The notes below the pieces were generated by a model. It was not told the DNA's origin. It ran no database searches and saw only the letters and a list, made by a program, of their open reading frames with translations. A stretch of DNA of 64,000 nucleotides from an uncultured Armatimonadetes bacterium (GTDB taxonomy: Bacteria; Armatimonadota; UBA5829; DTJY01). The position numbers and the translations under genes are program-made. The DNA lies in NCBI GenBank assembly GCA_963717145.1, contig OY970325.1, forward strand, positions 2,016,001 through 2,080,000, written 5' to 3'. Shown piece by piece: positions 55,084-64,000 of this stretch (position 1 is the stretch's first letter; the number at the start of each line of letters is the position of its first letter).

Positions 55084-57024
55084 ATGGCGCTTATCTCACT
55101 AAACTCAGTTCGTAAGTCGTTCGGCGGGTTCGACGTACTCGATGAGGTGACCTTCACTATCGGCGCATCGGAGAAGGTCGCGCTCGTCGGGCCAAACGGC
55201 TCGGGGAAGACCACCATCCTGCGAATGATCGTCGGTCAGGACGACGCCGACAGTGGTACCGTGCAGGTCATCGGCGGCACGAGCATCGGCTTCATGCCTC
55301 AGGATTCCGAGCTGACCGGCGGCGGGGACCTGGTGGAAGAAGTCTCCAACGCCACGACCGAGATCAAGCACCTGGAGCGGGAGCTTCGACGCCTCGAATC
55401 GGCGATGAGTGCAGGCGACACTGCGTCGTCGGGAGGACGAGGCTCCGTCCGAGCTGACGACCCTGCGGCTCGGACGGAGCCTCGCCCTCCCGACGACGCA
55501 GTGCACGAGATGGAAGCGCTGATCGCCGAATACGGGGAGGTCCAGCACGAGTTCGAGCGACTGGGAGGGTATGCGTTCGACGCGGAGGTCAAGTCCACTC
55601 TGAGCGGACTCGGGCTCGGACCGGAGCATTGGGAGAAGCCGGTCACCGTCCTGAGCGGCGGGCAGAAGACGCGCGCCGCTCTCGCGAAGCTCCTGCTCCA
55701 GAAGCCGGACGTCCTGCTCCTCGACGAGCCTACGAATCACCTCGATATCGAGGCGTGCGAATGGCTTGAGGAGTTCCTGCAGGACTTCTCCGGCGCGGTA
55801 TTCGTCGTTTCGCACGATCGGTACTTCCTCGACCGCGTGGTCACCAAGGTCGTGGATCTCCACGAGGGGTTCACCAGAAGCTATCCCGGCAACTACACCG
55901 CCTATGCCCGACAGAAGGAGGAGGTCCTCCGCCAGCAGGCCGAGAGCTACGACCGCCAGCAGGCCGAGATCGCCAAGCTGACGGATTTCATCTCGCGCTA
56001 TCATGCCGGCCAGCGCCATAGGGAGGCCAAGAGCCGCGGGAGGACGCTCGACAAGATGGTGCGCGTCCGGAAGCCGCGCATGGAATCCGAGAAGATCCAC
56101 GTCCGGCTCGATGCGGGGAGTTCGAGCGGCCACATCGTTCTCGATCTGCAGGATGTGGCTAAGGGATTCGACGGGAAGACACTTTTCACCGGGCTGAACC
56201 TGCTCGTCGAGAACGGCGACCGGATCGGGCTGGTCGGACCGAACGGCTCAGGGAAGACGACCCTCCTCCGCATGATACTCGGTGACGAGGAGCCGTCCGC
56301 AGGCACCGTCAGTATCGGATACGGCGTCGAGATGGGCTACTTCGCCCAGGACCTGGCGGGCCTCGACCCGGAGAACACCGTCCTGGAGGAGTTGCTGGAA
56401 TCCGCCGACCTGAAGCCCGGCGAGGCGCGGAACCTCCTCGCGCGATTCCTCTTCAGGGGCGATGACGTGTTCAAGTCGGTCGCCAGATTGAGCGGCGGGG
56501 AGCGAAACAGACTCGTCCTTGCCAAGCTGATGCTCCAGAAGCCGAACCTGCTGCTCCTCGACGAGCCGACGAACCACCTCGACATCGACTCCCGGCAGGC
56601 GCTCGATCAGGCGCTCAAGGAGTTTGCGGGCACGGTCATCCTCACTTCCCACGACCGATATCTTCTGAACTCCGTGGCCACCCGGATCGTCGAAATAGCT
56701 AATGGAGCCTCGAAAGTCTTCGAGGGGAACTACGACTTCTTCGTCGAACGCGCGCGGTCTCACCGGACGCGCATACGGCCGGCCAAGAAGAAGCCGAAAC
56801 CGAAGCCGGTGGCGACAAGCGGGCCTAAAGGTCCCAATGCGGCCGACTACGAGCGTGAGATTGAGGCAACCGAGGCGCGCCTTGGGGAGTTGACCGATCT
56901 GCTCGGGCGTCCTGAGACCTACGCGGATGGCGCTGTCGCGGCTGCGACCCAAGCCGAATACCATGAAGTGGCCTCCCGCATCGAGCAACTCTACGCCGAG
57001 TGGGAGCAGGCGCTGGGGGACTGA
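55084..57024 (+). CDS. ABC-F family ATPase
   Basis: Two GPNGSGKTT, LSGG and LLDEPTNHLD sets, no TM segment, C-terminal coiled coil. Confidence 0.94.
   Translation: MALISLNSVRKSFGGFDVLDEVTFTIGASEKVALVGPNGSGKTTILRMIVGQDDADSGTVQVIGGTSIGFMPQDSELTGGGDLVEEVSNATTEIKHLERELRRLESAMSAGDTASSGGRGSVRADDPAARTEPRPPDDAVHEMEALIAEYGEVQHEFERLGGYAFDAEVKSTLSGLGLGPEHWEKPVTVLSGGQKTRAALAKLLLQKPDVLLLDEPTNHLDIEACEWLEEFLQDFSGAVFVVSHDRYFLDRVVTKVVDLHEGFTRSYPGNYTAYARQKEEVLRQQAESYDRQQAEIAKLTDFISRYHAGQRHREAKSRGRTLDKMVRVRKPRMESEKIHVRLDAGSSSGHIVLDLQDVAKGFDGKTLFTGLNLLVENGDRIGLVGPNGSGKTTLLRMILGDEEPSAGTVSIGYGVEMGYFAQDLAGLDPENTVLEELLESADLKPGEARNLLARFLFRGDDVFKSVARLSGGERNRLVLAKLMLQKPNLLLLDEPTNHLDIDSRQALDQALKEFAGTVILTSHDRYLLNSVATRIVEIANGASKVFEGNYDFFVERARSHRTRIRPAKKKPKPKPVATSGPKGPNAADYEREIEATEARLGELTDLLGRPETYADGAVAAATQAEYHEVASRIEQLYAEWEQALGD
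55419..55503. repeat. REP-like palindrome inside the ABC-F coding sequence
   Basis: 36-bp arms with one mismatch: CACTGCGTCGTCGGGAGGACGAGGCTCCGTCCGAGC / GCTCGGACGGAGCCTCGCCCTCCCGACGACGCAGTG. Confidence 0.88.
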
Positions 57025-57104
57025 CGCCGAATGCTTGATAATTGTTCACTTTTCGACTTCCGCACGCGACTAAACAGTCGGATATGCGGACTTTAGATGC
57101 AACC

Positions 57105-57680
57105 ATGGTGATGAGCGAAACGGGGAAGCCGGCAGCGTTGAACACGGCAATCGAGGACGAAGGCGCGATTCTTGTCCACAGGTACCTCGCGGGCGAGGAA
57201 AGAGCGTTCGACGAACTCGTTGTCCGATATCAGCCATATGTGTACAACGTCTGCCTCCAGATGCTCGACAATCCGTCGGATGCCGAGGATACGGCTCAGA
57301 ACGTCTTCGTCGCCGTGTACAGAGCATTGCCCAGATTCCGGATGCAGTCGAAAGTATCGACGTGGATATACCGCATAGCCGTCAATCAGTGCATCAGTTC
57401 GCGCAGGGGCCGCCGGGAGGAGTTGCCGATCGAATGCGAGATCAGCGATTCCACCCCGCACTTCGAGGATGCTGAGAAGCGCCGTGAGATCGGCCATCTC
57501 ATGCAGAAACTTGCCCCTCATTATCGCGCCGTTCTCGTCCTAAAATACTACCGTGAACTATCCTACGAAGAGATAGCGGATATCCTGGCCTGGTCGCCGG
57601 ACAAGGTCAAGTGCTACCTGCACCGGGCGAGGAATATCTTCAAGAAGATGTATGAAGCTGAACATGGGGGAACGTTATGA
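57105..57680 (+). CDS. ECF sigma factor
   Basis: AFDELV.RY, DAEDTAQ, STWIYRIAVN, LSYEEIA...LHRAR; start uncertain. Confidence 0.92.
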   Translation: MVMSETGKPAALNTAIEDEGAILVHRYLAGEERAFDELVVRYQPYVYNVCLQMLDNPSDAEDTAQNVFVAVYRALPRFRMQSKVSTWIYRIAVNQCISSRRGRREELPIECEISDSTPHFEDAEKRREIGHLMQKLAPHYRAVLVLKYYRELSYEEIADILAWSPDKVKCYLHRARNIFKKMYEAEHGGTL

Positions 57681-58534
57681 AATGCTCGAGGGTCCGTGAC
57701 AAGCTGATGGACTACACCTCGGCAGAACTACCGCCGAGCGAGTTTCAGCAGATGAACGAACACCTGATGGCCTGCGAGGATTGCCGGAGGGAATTGGATC
57801 TTGCCCGCGACGCTTCGTCGGCTCTGGAAGTGCTCAGTGGGGAAGCGCCCACCCCTGCACTCGTCATGGCTGTCAGGGAGAAGATAGATCGTGGCCGAGC
57901 GACCGGGCGTCCGGTGCTCGTTCCCAGGCTGGCGATGGGATTCTCCGCAGCGGCGTTGATCGCCCTGGCGATCACAGGCTGGCTGCGATTCGGCTCTGTC
58001 GATCGGACGGTCATCACGGCTGTGAAGCCCGGAAGCGATCAGGTCCTGCAGAACAGGTCGCCTGAGAGCGCGAAGACGCCTCCCGCACCGGCCCTCGATG
58101 CGGATGGGCAGCAGCCCACCACTCTCGCGCTCAACAGCGCCGGACGGCCAGCAGTCGTGACTGCGAAGCAAGGAACGAGACGCGTCCGCGTCGTCCTGCC
58201 GAGGACCAGCCTGGGCGCCGAGATGACACCGGGCGTTATGCCCGAAGTCGATTCCGAGCCGGTCATACTCTTCGCGCTCCAGCCAAAGGAACCGGAGATC
58301 TTCGTAACTCACCTCGATGGCACAGATGGAGAGTCACCTACCGAGCTTACAGTTGTTCGCGAGTTCGACGACGGCGGCAACATAAGCTCTGTCACCATAG
58401 AGGGAACGCCGTCCGCGAGCAGTACGGGCGACGTGGTCCCGGCCTCGGATAGAACGCATCTGCTCGATGTTCCAGCTGCCAACAACCTGGAGGCGAGATA
58501 CCCGGATGCAGGAGGAATCACAAGAAATGCGTAG
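57677..58534 (+). CDS. zf-HC2 anti-sigma factor
   Basis: MKC...HLMACEDC, one TM segment; ATGA-coupled to the sigma gene. Confidence 0.85.
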   Translation: MKCSRVRDKLMDYTSAELPPSEFQQMNEHLMACEDCRRELDLARDASSALEVLSGEAPTPALVMAVREKIDRGRATGRPVLVPRLAMGFSAAALIALAITGWLRFGSVDRTVITAVKPGSDQVLQNRSPESAKTPPAPALDADGQQPTTLALNSAGRPAVVTAKQGTRRVRVVLPRTSLGAEMTPGVMPEVDSEPVILFALQPKEPEIFVTHLDGTDGESPTELTVVREFDDGGNISSVTIEGTPSASSTGDVVPASDRTHLLDVPAANNLEARYPDAGGITRNA

Positions 58535-59876
58535 ACTATTCACAGTCGCGATCGTGCTGCTGACACTCTCGTCGTGGGTACATGCACAGCAGCAGGGGTC
58601 GGGCGAGAAAACCCAGCGGACCTCCAAGGAGACATACTTGCGGTCCGGGCTCATCTATGGATTCGGCGGGCCGGATCTGTTCCGAATCGGGGATACGTTC
58701 TTCGGTGAGTCGGTCTGGATGAAGTGGCCGGATAAGCGCGTCACTCTCGACTTCAAGAACGCCAGCATCTCGGAAATCGCCAAGACTATGCAGGAGCAGA
58801 CGGGGATCGAGTTCATCGTCGGCGAAGGCGTGCCTTCGGGCCTGAAGATCACGATCCACGTAAGCGAGATGCGGATCAGAGAGTTCCTGGATACGCTGAC
58901 GTCGACCACGGGATTGATATACGTCCCGGAAAGCCGTACTCCAGAGGAGACGGAGGCGGCGGAACCCAAGAGAGAGGGCTCGAAGGGCGAGGCAGCCGGT
59001 GTGGAGATGGGTATCCCGCTGCCTCCGGGAGCCCAGGTATTCCTTACGACCGGCAGACCTCAGCCGCAGATCGTCACCCACGTGACCATCCTGAACCCAC
59101 GGAGCGAGGGCATCGTGGTCAACATGGGGAAGGTATCAGTCTCCCTGAAGAACGCCGATCCGATCGATGCCGTCACCAAGCTGATCAACCAGATAAAGGG
59201 CGCGAGTTACGTGGTAATGAGCCTCAGTGACTACCTCGCGCTTCAGTCGCCCGATGACGAGGCCAGGGTACAGAAGGCTTTGAAGAAGGCGGTCAGACCC
59301 AAGGTCACGCTGGAGCTTAGAAGTGTCGAGGTCGCCGACGCGCTGACTCAGCTCTCGGTCTCCGGCAAGTTCTACCTTACCATCCCTAAGCCCGGAGCGC
59401 CGAACTTCCTGATTATCCCGGACGTGGTCGTCACCGACGAGAGTGCGCTCCCGAGCCCGCCGATACTCTACTGGAGTTCGCCGGCTCGAAGCGCGAGAGA
59501 ACAGGCCATCTGCATGCAGTACACCAAGGAGATGGCCGAGGCCATACTCAAGTACGCCAGTGAGAACGGCGGAATGCTCCCCGACGCCACAAGGTGGGTG
59601 GAGTTGATACCCGTCAGAAACGAATACCTCGAAAAGCGCATGCCCGGCGGTAGATATCAGTACTCGTACGGCATGAACATCAATCTTAGCAAGGTGAACC
59701 TAAGCGCCATCAGGCGACCGGGGCAGACCGTGTTGCTGTTCGAATCTGACACCACTCGGGGTTGGGGCAGCGAGAATGAGGTCATCAACTCAGCGCGACA
59801 TCCGGGGGGCGTTGTGTACGGTTTCGCTGATGGCAGCGTAAGGATATTGATCGAAAAGCCGAACTTCAAGCCATAG
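58527..59876 (+). CDS. Secreted protein with STN/secretin-N-like repeats and a C-terminal DUF1559/H-X9-DG pilin-like domain
   Basis: Signal peptide; KRVTLDFKNASISEI...GIEF, VSVSLKNAD, VTLELRSVEVADAL; C-terminal AR...C.......A...Y...N.G.LP...YGMN...RHPGGVVYGFADGSV. Confidence 0.7.
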   Translation: MRRLFTVAIVLLTLSSWVHAQQQGSGEKTQRTSKETYLRSGLIYGFGGPDLFRIGDTFFGESVWMKWPDKRVTLDFKNASISEIAKTMQEQTGIEFIVGEGVPSGLKITIHVSEMRIREFLDTLTSTTGLIYVPESRTPEETEAAEPKREGSKGEAAGVEMGIPLPPGAQVFLTTGRPQPQIVTHVTILNPRSEGIVVNMGKVSVSLKNADPIDAVTKLINQIKGASYVVMSLSDYLALQSPDDEARVQKALKKAVRPKVTLELRSVEVADALTQLSVSGKFYLTIPKPGAPNFLIIPDVVVTDESALPSPPILYWSSPARSAREQAICMQYTKEMAEAILKYASENGGMLPDATRWVELIPVRNEYLEKRMPGGRYQYSYGMNINLSKVNLSAIRRPGQTVLLFESDTTRGWGSENEVINSARHPGGVVYGFADGSVRILIEKPNFKP

Positions 59877-59961
59877 GAGTCTCGGCAGTCAGGCACGCTA
59901 CACTGCTACACGGGTACCGGAGAGTGAATGAATCCCCACTCTGGTACCCGCTTTTTTTGTG

Positions 59962-60040
59962 GCATTGGAGTATCGGAGTAATGGAGTGCTGGGAATCGCC
60001 TGAGCTGTCCATTTCTCCGTTACCCCAACACTCCAACCCC
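59962..60040. repeat. Degenerate octamer inverted array
   Basis: TGGAGTAT CGGAGTAA TGGAGTGC versus TTTCTCCG TTACCCCA ACACTCCA. Confidence 0.55.
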
Positions 60041-60915
60041 GGCAAACAGGTTCATCTGGACCGCGCGTGCCCCTGGACGCCACGTGAGACTGGCGCTGTC
60101 TCTCAAGGCCACATCCAGGATCACATCCCTGCACTTCCGCTCCGACAGCCTGGACTGGACGTACCGCCTCGCGGTCCGGGGCGAGTTGTTGGTGTCACTG
60201 AGGTGAGCCAGCCAGAAGGTGGCGGGCTGTCCTGCCGATGCATGGGCGAGGATCAGGTCCGCGGCTGCCTCATTCGATAGGTGCCCGAGTTTGCCCATTA
60301 TCCGGTCTTTCAGGAATTTCGGATACGGGCCCGCCACGAGCTGCCGGTAGTCGTAGTTCGACTCGATGATCACCAGATGGGCGCCTTCAATCCTGCGCAG
60401 AATCTCGGGCCCTGCGATGCCGGTGTCAGTCACGCAGGAGATCTGCAGCCTGAATGGTAGACATTGTAGCCAACCGGATCGACCGCGTCGTGGGAAACCG
60501 GGAACGACTCCACGACAAGATCGCCGAGCGCCAGGGTGCTGCCCGTGTCCATCGTGGTATACCGGCGCACGATGTGGCGGTCCGGGAGAGCTTCCAGGGT
60601 TGCGGCATTGGCGATGAGTGGAACGCCATAACTGCGTGAGAGGCTGCAGGCGCTCCTGACGTGGTCGCCGTGCTCATGGGTGAGGAAGACTGCGTCAAGG
60701 TCGTCGGGAGAGACCTTGAACTTCGACAGACGCTTCTTCAGGTGAGTAAGCGGAAGCCCTGCGTCCAGAAGAATGCGCGTGTTTCCCGCCCTGATCAGCA
60801 TAGAGTTGCCGGAACTCCCGCTTGCCAGGGAATGAACTGATAGATCCAATCTGTTTGCCCGTTTGCCCCCGGATGAATGATCGGCTTGTTCGCCGACCTG
60901 GCCGGATTCTATCAC
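60020..60915 (-). CDS. MBL-fold metallo-hydrolase (YycJ/WalJ-like), apparent frameshift near 60445
   Basis: LASGSSGN, THEHGDH, SHDA, TDTG, ESNYD, GHLSN, AHLS; start uncertain. Confidence 0.88.
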
Positions 60916-60938
60916 AGATTGGTCATCGATACAAGGGG

Positions 60939-61822
60939 TTACTCACCGATTCTGTGCTCGGCGAGTCTCTCGAGTGCGGTGATCAGGGCCTGAGTGCCAC
61001 ATTCGCCCATGCCGGCGGCCTCGATGGAACGAAAAAGCTGGTTCACAAGGCTCGTGCCGGGGAGCGGAACCTTCAGTTCATCCGCCACAGACATCGCCAG
61101 CCGGAGATCCTTCTGCTCGAGTGCCACCCGAAACCCGGGCTCGAAGTCGCGCCCGATCATCTTTGGCCCCAGGTTCGACAGCATCCACGAGCCGGCCGCC
61201 CCTGTAGATATGACGGAGACGAGTTTCTCGAGGTCGATGCCGGCCTTGGCTCCGAAGATCAAACCCTCACAGACCGCCTGGATGTTCAGAGCGGCGATCA
61301 CCTGGTTGCACAGCTTGGTCATCTGGCCCATTCCGACGCCGCCCATGTGGCTGATGTTCTTGCCGAGCGCCCGGAAGATCGGGAGGCACTGCTCGAAGAC
61401 CTCCTCCCTGCCACCGACCATAATCGACAGCGTTCCGGCCTCGGCGCCCGACACCCCGCCGCTGACGGGCGCATCCAGATACTCGACGCCCCTGGAGGCC
61501 GCGGCATCGGCGATCTCACGAGTCACCACGGGAGATATCGTGCTCATGTCGATCACGACCGCGCCCGGACGCGCTCCATCGAGTATGCCGTCCGGTCCCA
61601 TCACGACCGACCTCACATCCGGCGAGTCGGAAACGATCGTGATGATCGCATCGGATCTCCCGCGACTTCGCTCGGGGAGTCCGCGGCCGATGCGCCGGCG
61701 CTCACCATTTCGTCCACAATGGGCTTGCGGCGACCGAATACAGTTACAGCAAAGCCGCTCGACAGCAGATTTCGCGCCATCGGGCGGCCCATGTTACCCA
61801 AACCTATGAAACCGATATTCAT
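60939..61822 (-). CDS. Beta-hydroxyacid dehydrogenase (2-hydroxy-3-oxopropionate reductase-like), apparent frameshift near 61660
   Basis: IGFIGLGNMG.PMA, DAPVSGG, KLCNQ, KDL. Confidence 0.88.
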
Positions 61823-61835
61823 GCAGTGCCTGCTC

Positions 61836-61925
61836 TGGAGTGCGGAAGCGGAGTCTGCGGAGCTTCCGCTTTCAACGTGCCTGCGGCCAAAGCGGAAGCT
61901 CCGCAGACTCCGCTTCCGCACTCCA
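61836..61925. repeat. REP-like palindrome
   Basis: 37-bp perfect arms TGGAGTGCGGAAGCGGAGTCTGCGGAGCTTCCGCTTT / AAAGCGGAAGCTCCGCAGACTCCGCTTCCGCACTCCA. Confidence 0.85.
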
Positions 61926-61935
61926 AAGAATTCAT

Positions 61936-62442
61936 CTATTTCCCCGCGCAGTTCGAGCAGAAGACCTGGTCCGCCACGACCACCTTGCAGTCCTTGCAGA
62001 CAGGAAGGTGGCAGTAGGAGCAGATGCCCAGCGCCTGCTGATCCGGGTGCCGTGCGCACGACAGAGCGGCAAGTGACTCCACGGAATTGTCTTCCGCGGT
62101 GAGGCGCTGAAGTGCTTCCTGTGCCTTCTCGTACTCCGGATCGATCTCCAGTGCCGCGCGGAACTGATCCCTGGCCAGATCCGCAAGCCCATCGGCCTGG
62201 TATGCCAGCCCGAGGTTGTAGTGGATGTTCGGCACGCTCGGCCGAATACTCATCGCCGTCTGAAATGCTCCGACCGCACGGTCATACTGTCTCTGCTGGG
62301 CATATGCCACGCCAAGGTAGTTGAACCCGCGATAGTCGTTCGGAAACTCGAGGCATGCACGCTCGAGAAACCCGACGGCGTTGTCGGTCTGTCCGCCTTT
62401 GAGGGCCTCCAGGCCCAGGTCAAGAGACGTCTGTCCTACCAT
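61936..62442 (-). CDS. TPR protein with a C-terminal B-box-like zinc finger
   Basis: NYLGVAY, YNLGLAY, ALEIDP; CARHP...CSYC...CKDC...CSNC. Confidence 0.8.
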   Translation of the reverse strand: MVGQTSLDLGLEALKGGQTDNAVGFLERACLEFPNDYRGFNYLGVAYAQQRQYDRAVGAFQTAMSIRPSVPNIHYNLGLAYQADGLADLARDQFRAALEIDPEYEKAQEALQRLTAEDNSVESLAALSCARHPDQQALGICSYCHLPVCKDCKVVVADQVFCSNCAGK

Positions 62443-62531
62443 CCAAGAACTCTCCTCAAACCTGCGTGTGGCTTGACCGGTACTGAGGGGTCTTCTAGAC
62501 TGTATCGCGTTTGGCTGCACTTGTCAATCCT

Positions 62532-62934
62532 CTATCGTGTCTGCTTCACCAGCGGTTTGACGCAGGTGGTAACCACAGTGTTATCAACATCGCGGTCGGT
62601 GAAGCGCGCGGCGGACGCCATGATATCGATATTCGTGAATGCCAGGGCGTAGACACCCACATACACCGCGATGGCCAGGCGAAGCATACAACGCACGAAT
62701 TTCGGGGCGGTACCTCCTGCCCCATTCCGCAATGAAGAGCGGGAATATCACCAGGAGCAGCTTGACCCCGATCAGCGCATCCCACCCCTTATCGAGGTAG
62801 AACGACATGACCGGATTGCCCTCTATAGCGCGATTAGTCGCCACGAGCCAGATCGTGGCGACTAAATCGAATGCGCATATTGCGAATATGATATAGCTCT
62901 CATTGGAGAGCCGTTTTTCTCGTGTTGTGTTCAT
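62532..62934 (-). CDS. DUF5658-like membrane protein, apparent extra C near 62705
   Basis: D..AT...EGNPVM motif, TM segments; the C-terminus continues in ORF 62532..62732. Confidence 0.7.
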
Positions 62935-63004
62935 CGGCACATGGGTTATTCCTTGTTTCACTCTACTCCAACCAGGAATTCTTACAGGTCGAGCACTATG
63001 CAGG

Positions 63005-64000
63005 CTAGGCTGCCTTGCGCTCGGATTTTCGCTCCCGCTTGTCGGCATACATGGCCGCATCCGCCTCCGATATTAACGAGCGGACATCCGAGGCATCCCC
63101 CGGGAATGTCGCAACCCCCACGCTGACGCCGACCCGGATGGGCTGATCGTGATGGAACCCCGGGTCGTAGGCATCGACAGCCGCCTTGATGCGCTCGGCG
63201 GTTTCGAGAGCCGCGGCCTTGTCGGAATCCGGCAGAACGATGATGAATTCATCGCCCGCATAGCGGCAGACAACATCGTAGTCCCGCACCAGAGAGATGA
63301 AGATCTGTCCAAGCTCCCGTAGAACCTGGTCGCCCTGCTGATGGCCGAACGTGTCGTTAATCGGCTTGAAGTTATCCAGATCGAGCCCAAGTAGAGACAC
63401 CGGTTTCATCGCGCGTTGGGCACGGTTCATCTCCTGCTCGAGCTGAATGAGCATATATCGGGCATTGTGCAGACCAGTGAGCGGGTCTCGGAGCGCTGAT
63501 TCTCTCGTTTCCTGGAACAACTGGGCATTGCTCAAGGCTCGACCTACCTGTGGGGCGACTACGTTCAGAAGCCGCAGATCCTCCATGCTGAATGCCTCGG
63601 CCTTGATATCGTAGAGATTGATCGTGCCGATTGTTTGCCCGTCACTGACTATCGGGACGATCATCACGGACTGCAACTCGATCCACTGGATGTACAAACG
63701 CTTGAGGATCAGATCGTTTCTGTCATAACGGGAGATCAGCCCTTCGGCACTGTAGGCTACCAGGCCGGTGAGGCCGTGTCCCACCAGAGTTTCGCTATCC
63801 TCCAGGTAACCATCATTCACGCCGACGGTGATTCTGCAGTGCAGCCTGTCTGGTTCCTGCTCGTCTCGAAGGAAGATGGAGCAGGTCGAACATGACACCA
63901 TGTTGCGGATCTTGGTGGCCAGCAGAGGGAGTACTTCCTCCATGTTCAGAGAAGTGCTGGCGGTCTGGGCAATCTCATACATCGCCAGGAATTCATCGTT
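63005..64000 (-). CDS. GAF plus GGDEF diguanylate cyclase, 5' end beyond the window
   Basis: GAF domain, DPLTGL.N, DLDNFK.INDTFGH..GD, RDYD I-site, RYAGDEF. Confidence 0.92.
   Translation of the reverse strand, partial: NDEFLAMYEIAQTASTSLNMEEVLPLLATKIRNMVSCSTCSIFLRDEQEPDRLHCRITVGVNDGYLEDSETLVGHGLTGLVAYSAEGLISRYDRNDLILKRLYIQWIELQSVMIVPIVSDGQTIGTINLYDIKAEAFSMEDLRLLNVVAPQVGRALSNAQLFQETRESALRDPLTGLHNARYMLIQLEQEMNRAQRAMKPVSLLGLDLDNFKPINDTFGHQQGDQVLRELGQIFISLVRDYDVVCRYAGDEFIIVLPDSDKAAALETAERIKAAVDAYDPGFHHDQPIRVGVSVGVATFPGDASDVRSLISEADAAMYADKRERKSERKAA

Overview
High-GC bacterial chromosomal window. PEP-CTERM proteins, an outer-membrane beta-barrel, an H-X9-DG pilin-like domain and a PyrR-attenuated pyr operon suggest an Armatimonadota-like diderm, but this is inference only. 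Bases 1-8753 are the right part of an integrative element at the 3' end of initiator tRNA-Met. It carries type I R-M hsdS/hsdM, a putative winged-helix protein followed by phased direct repeats, a prim-pol/DUF3987 replicase, a small unannotated ribbon-helix-helix gene with a palindromic operator, and a large serine recombinase whose C-terminus is read from the antisense of the tRNA. The rest is mostly core genome: ECF sigma/anti-sigma/htrA, pepA, holA, a MoxR-DUF58-transglutaminase cluster, ald, ROK/xylB, two DUF1343 paralogs split by an IS66 and tRNA-Ala, a full pyr operon with several passenger genes (including a HEPN plus BolA/MNT-like pair), an ABC-F ATPase, a second ECF/anti-sigma pair with an STN plus pilin-like fusion, and a GAF-GGDEF protein. 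Intergenic space is crowded with several unrelated REP-like palindromes and 6-9-mer periodic repeats; two repeat insertions are translated in frame (in carB and the ABC-F gene). Many single-base indels, very dense in carB, look like sequencing or polishing errors. All family calls are from motif recognition by eye, not database searches.
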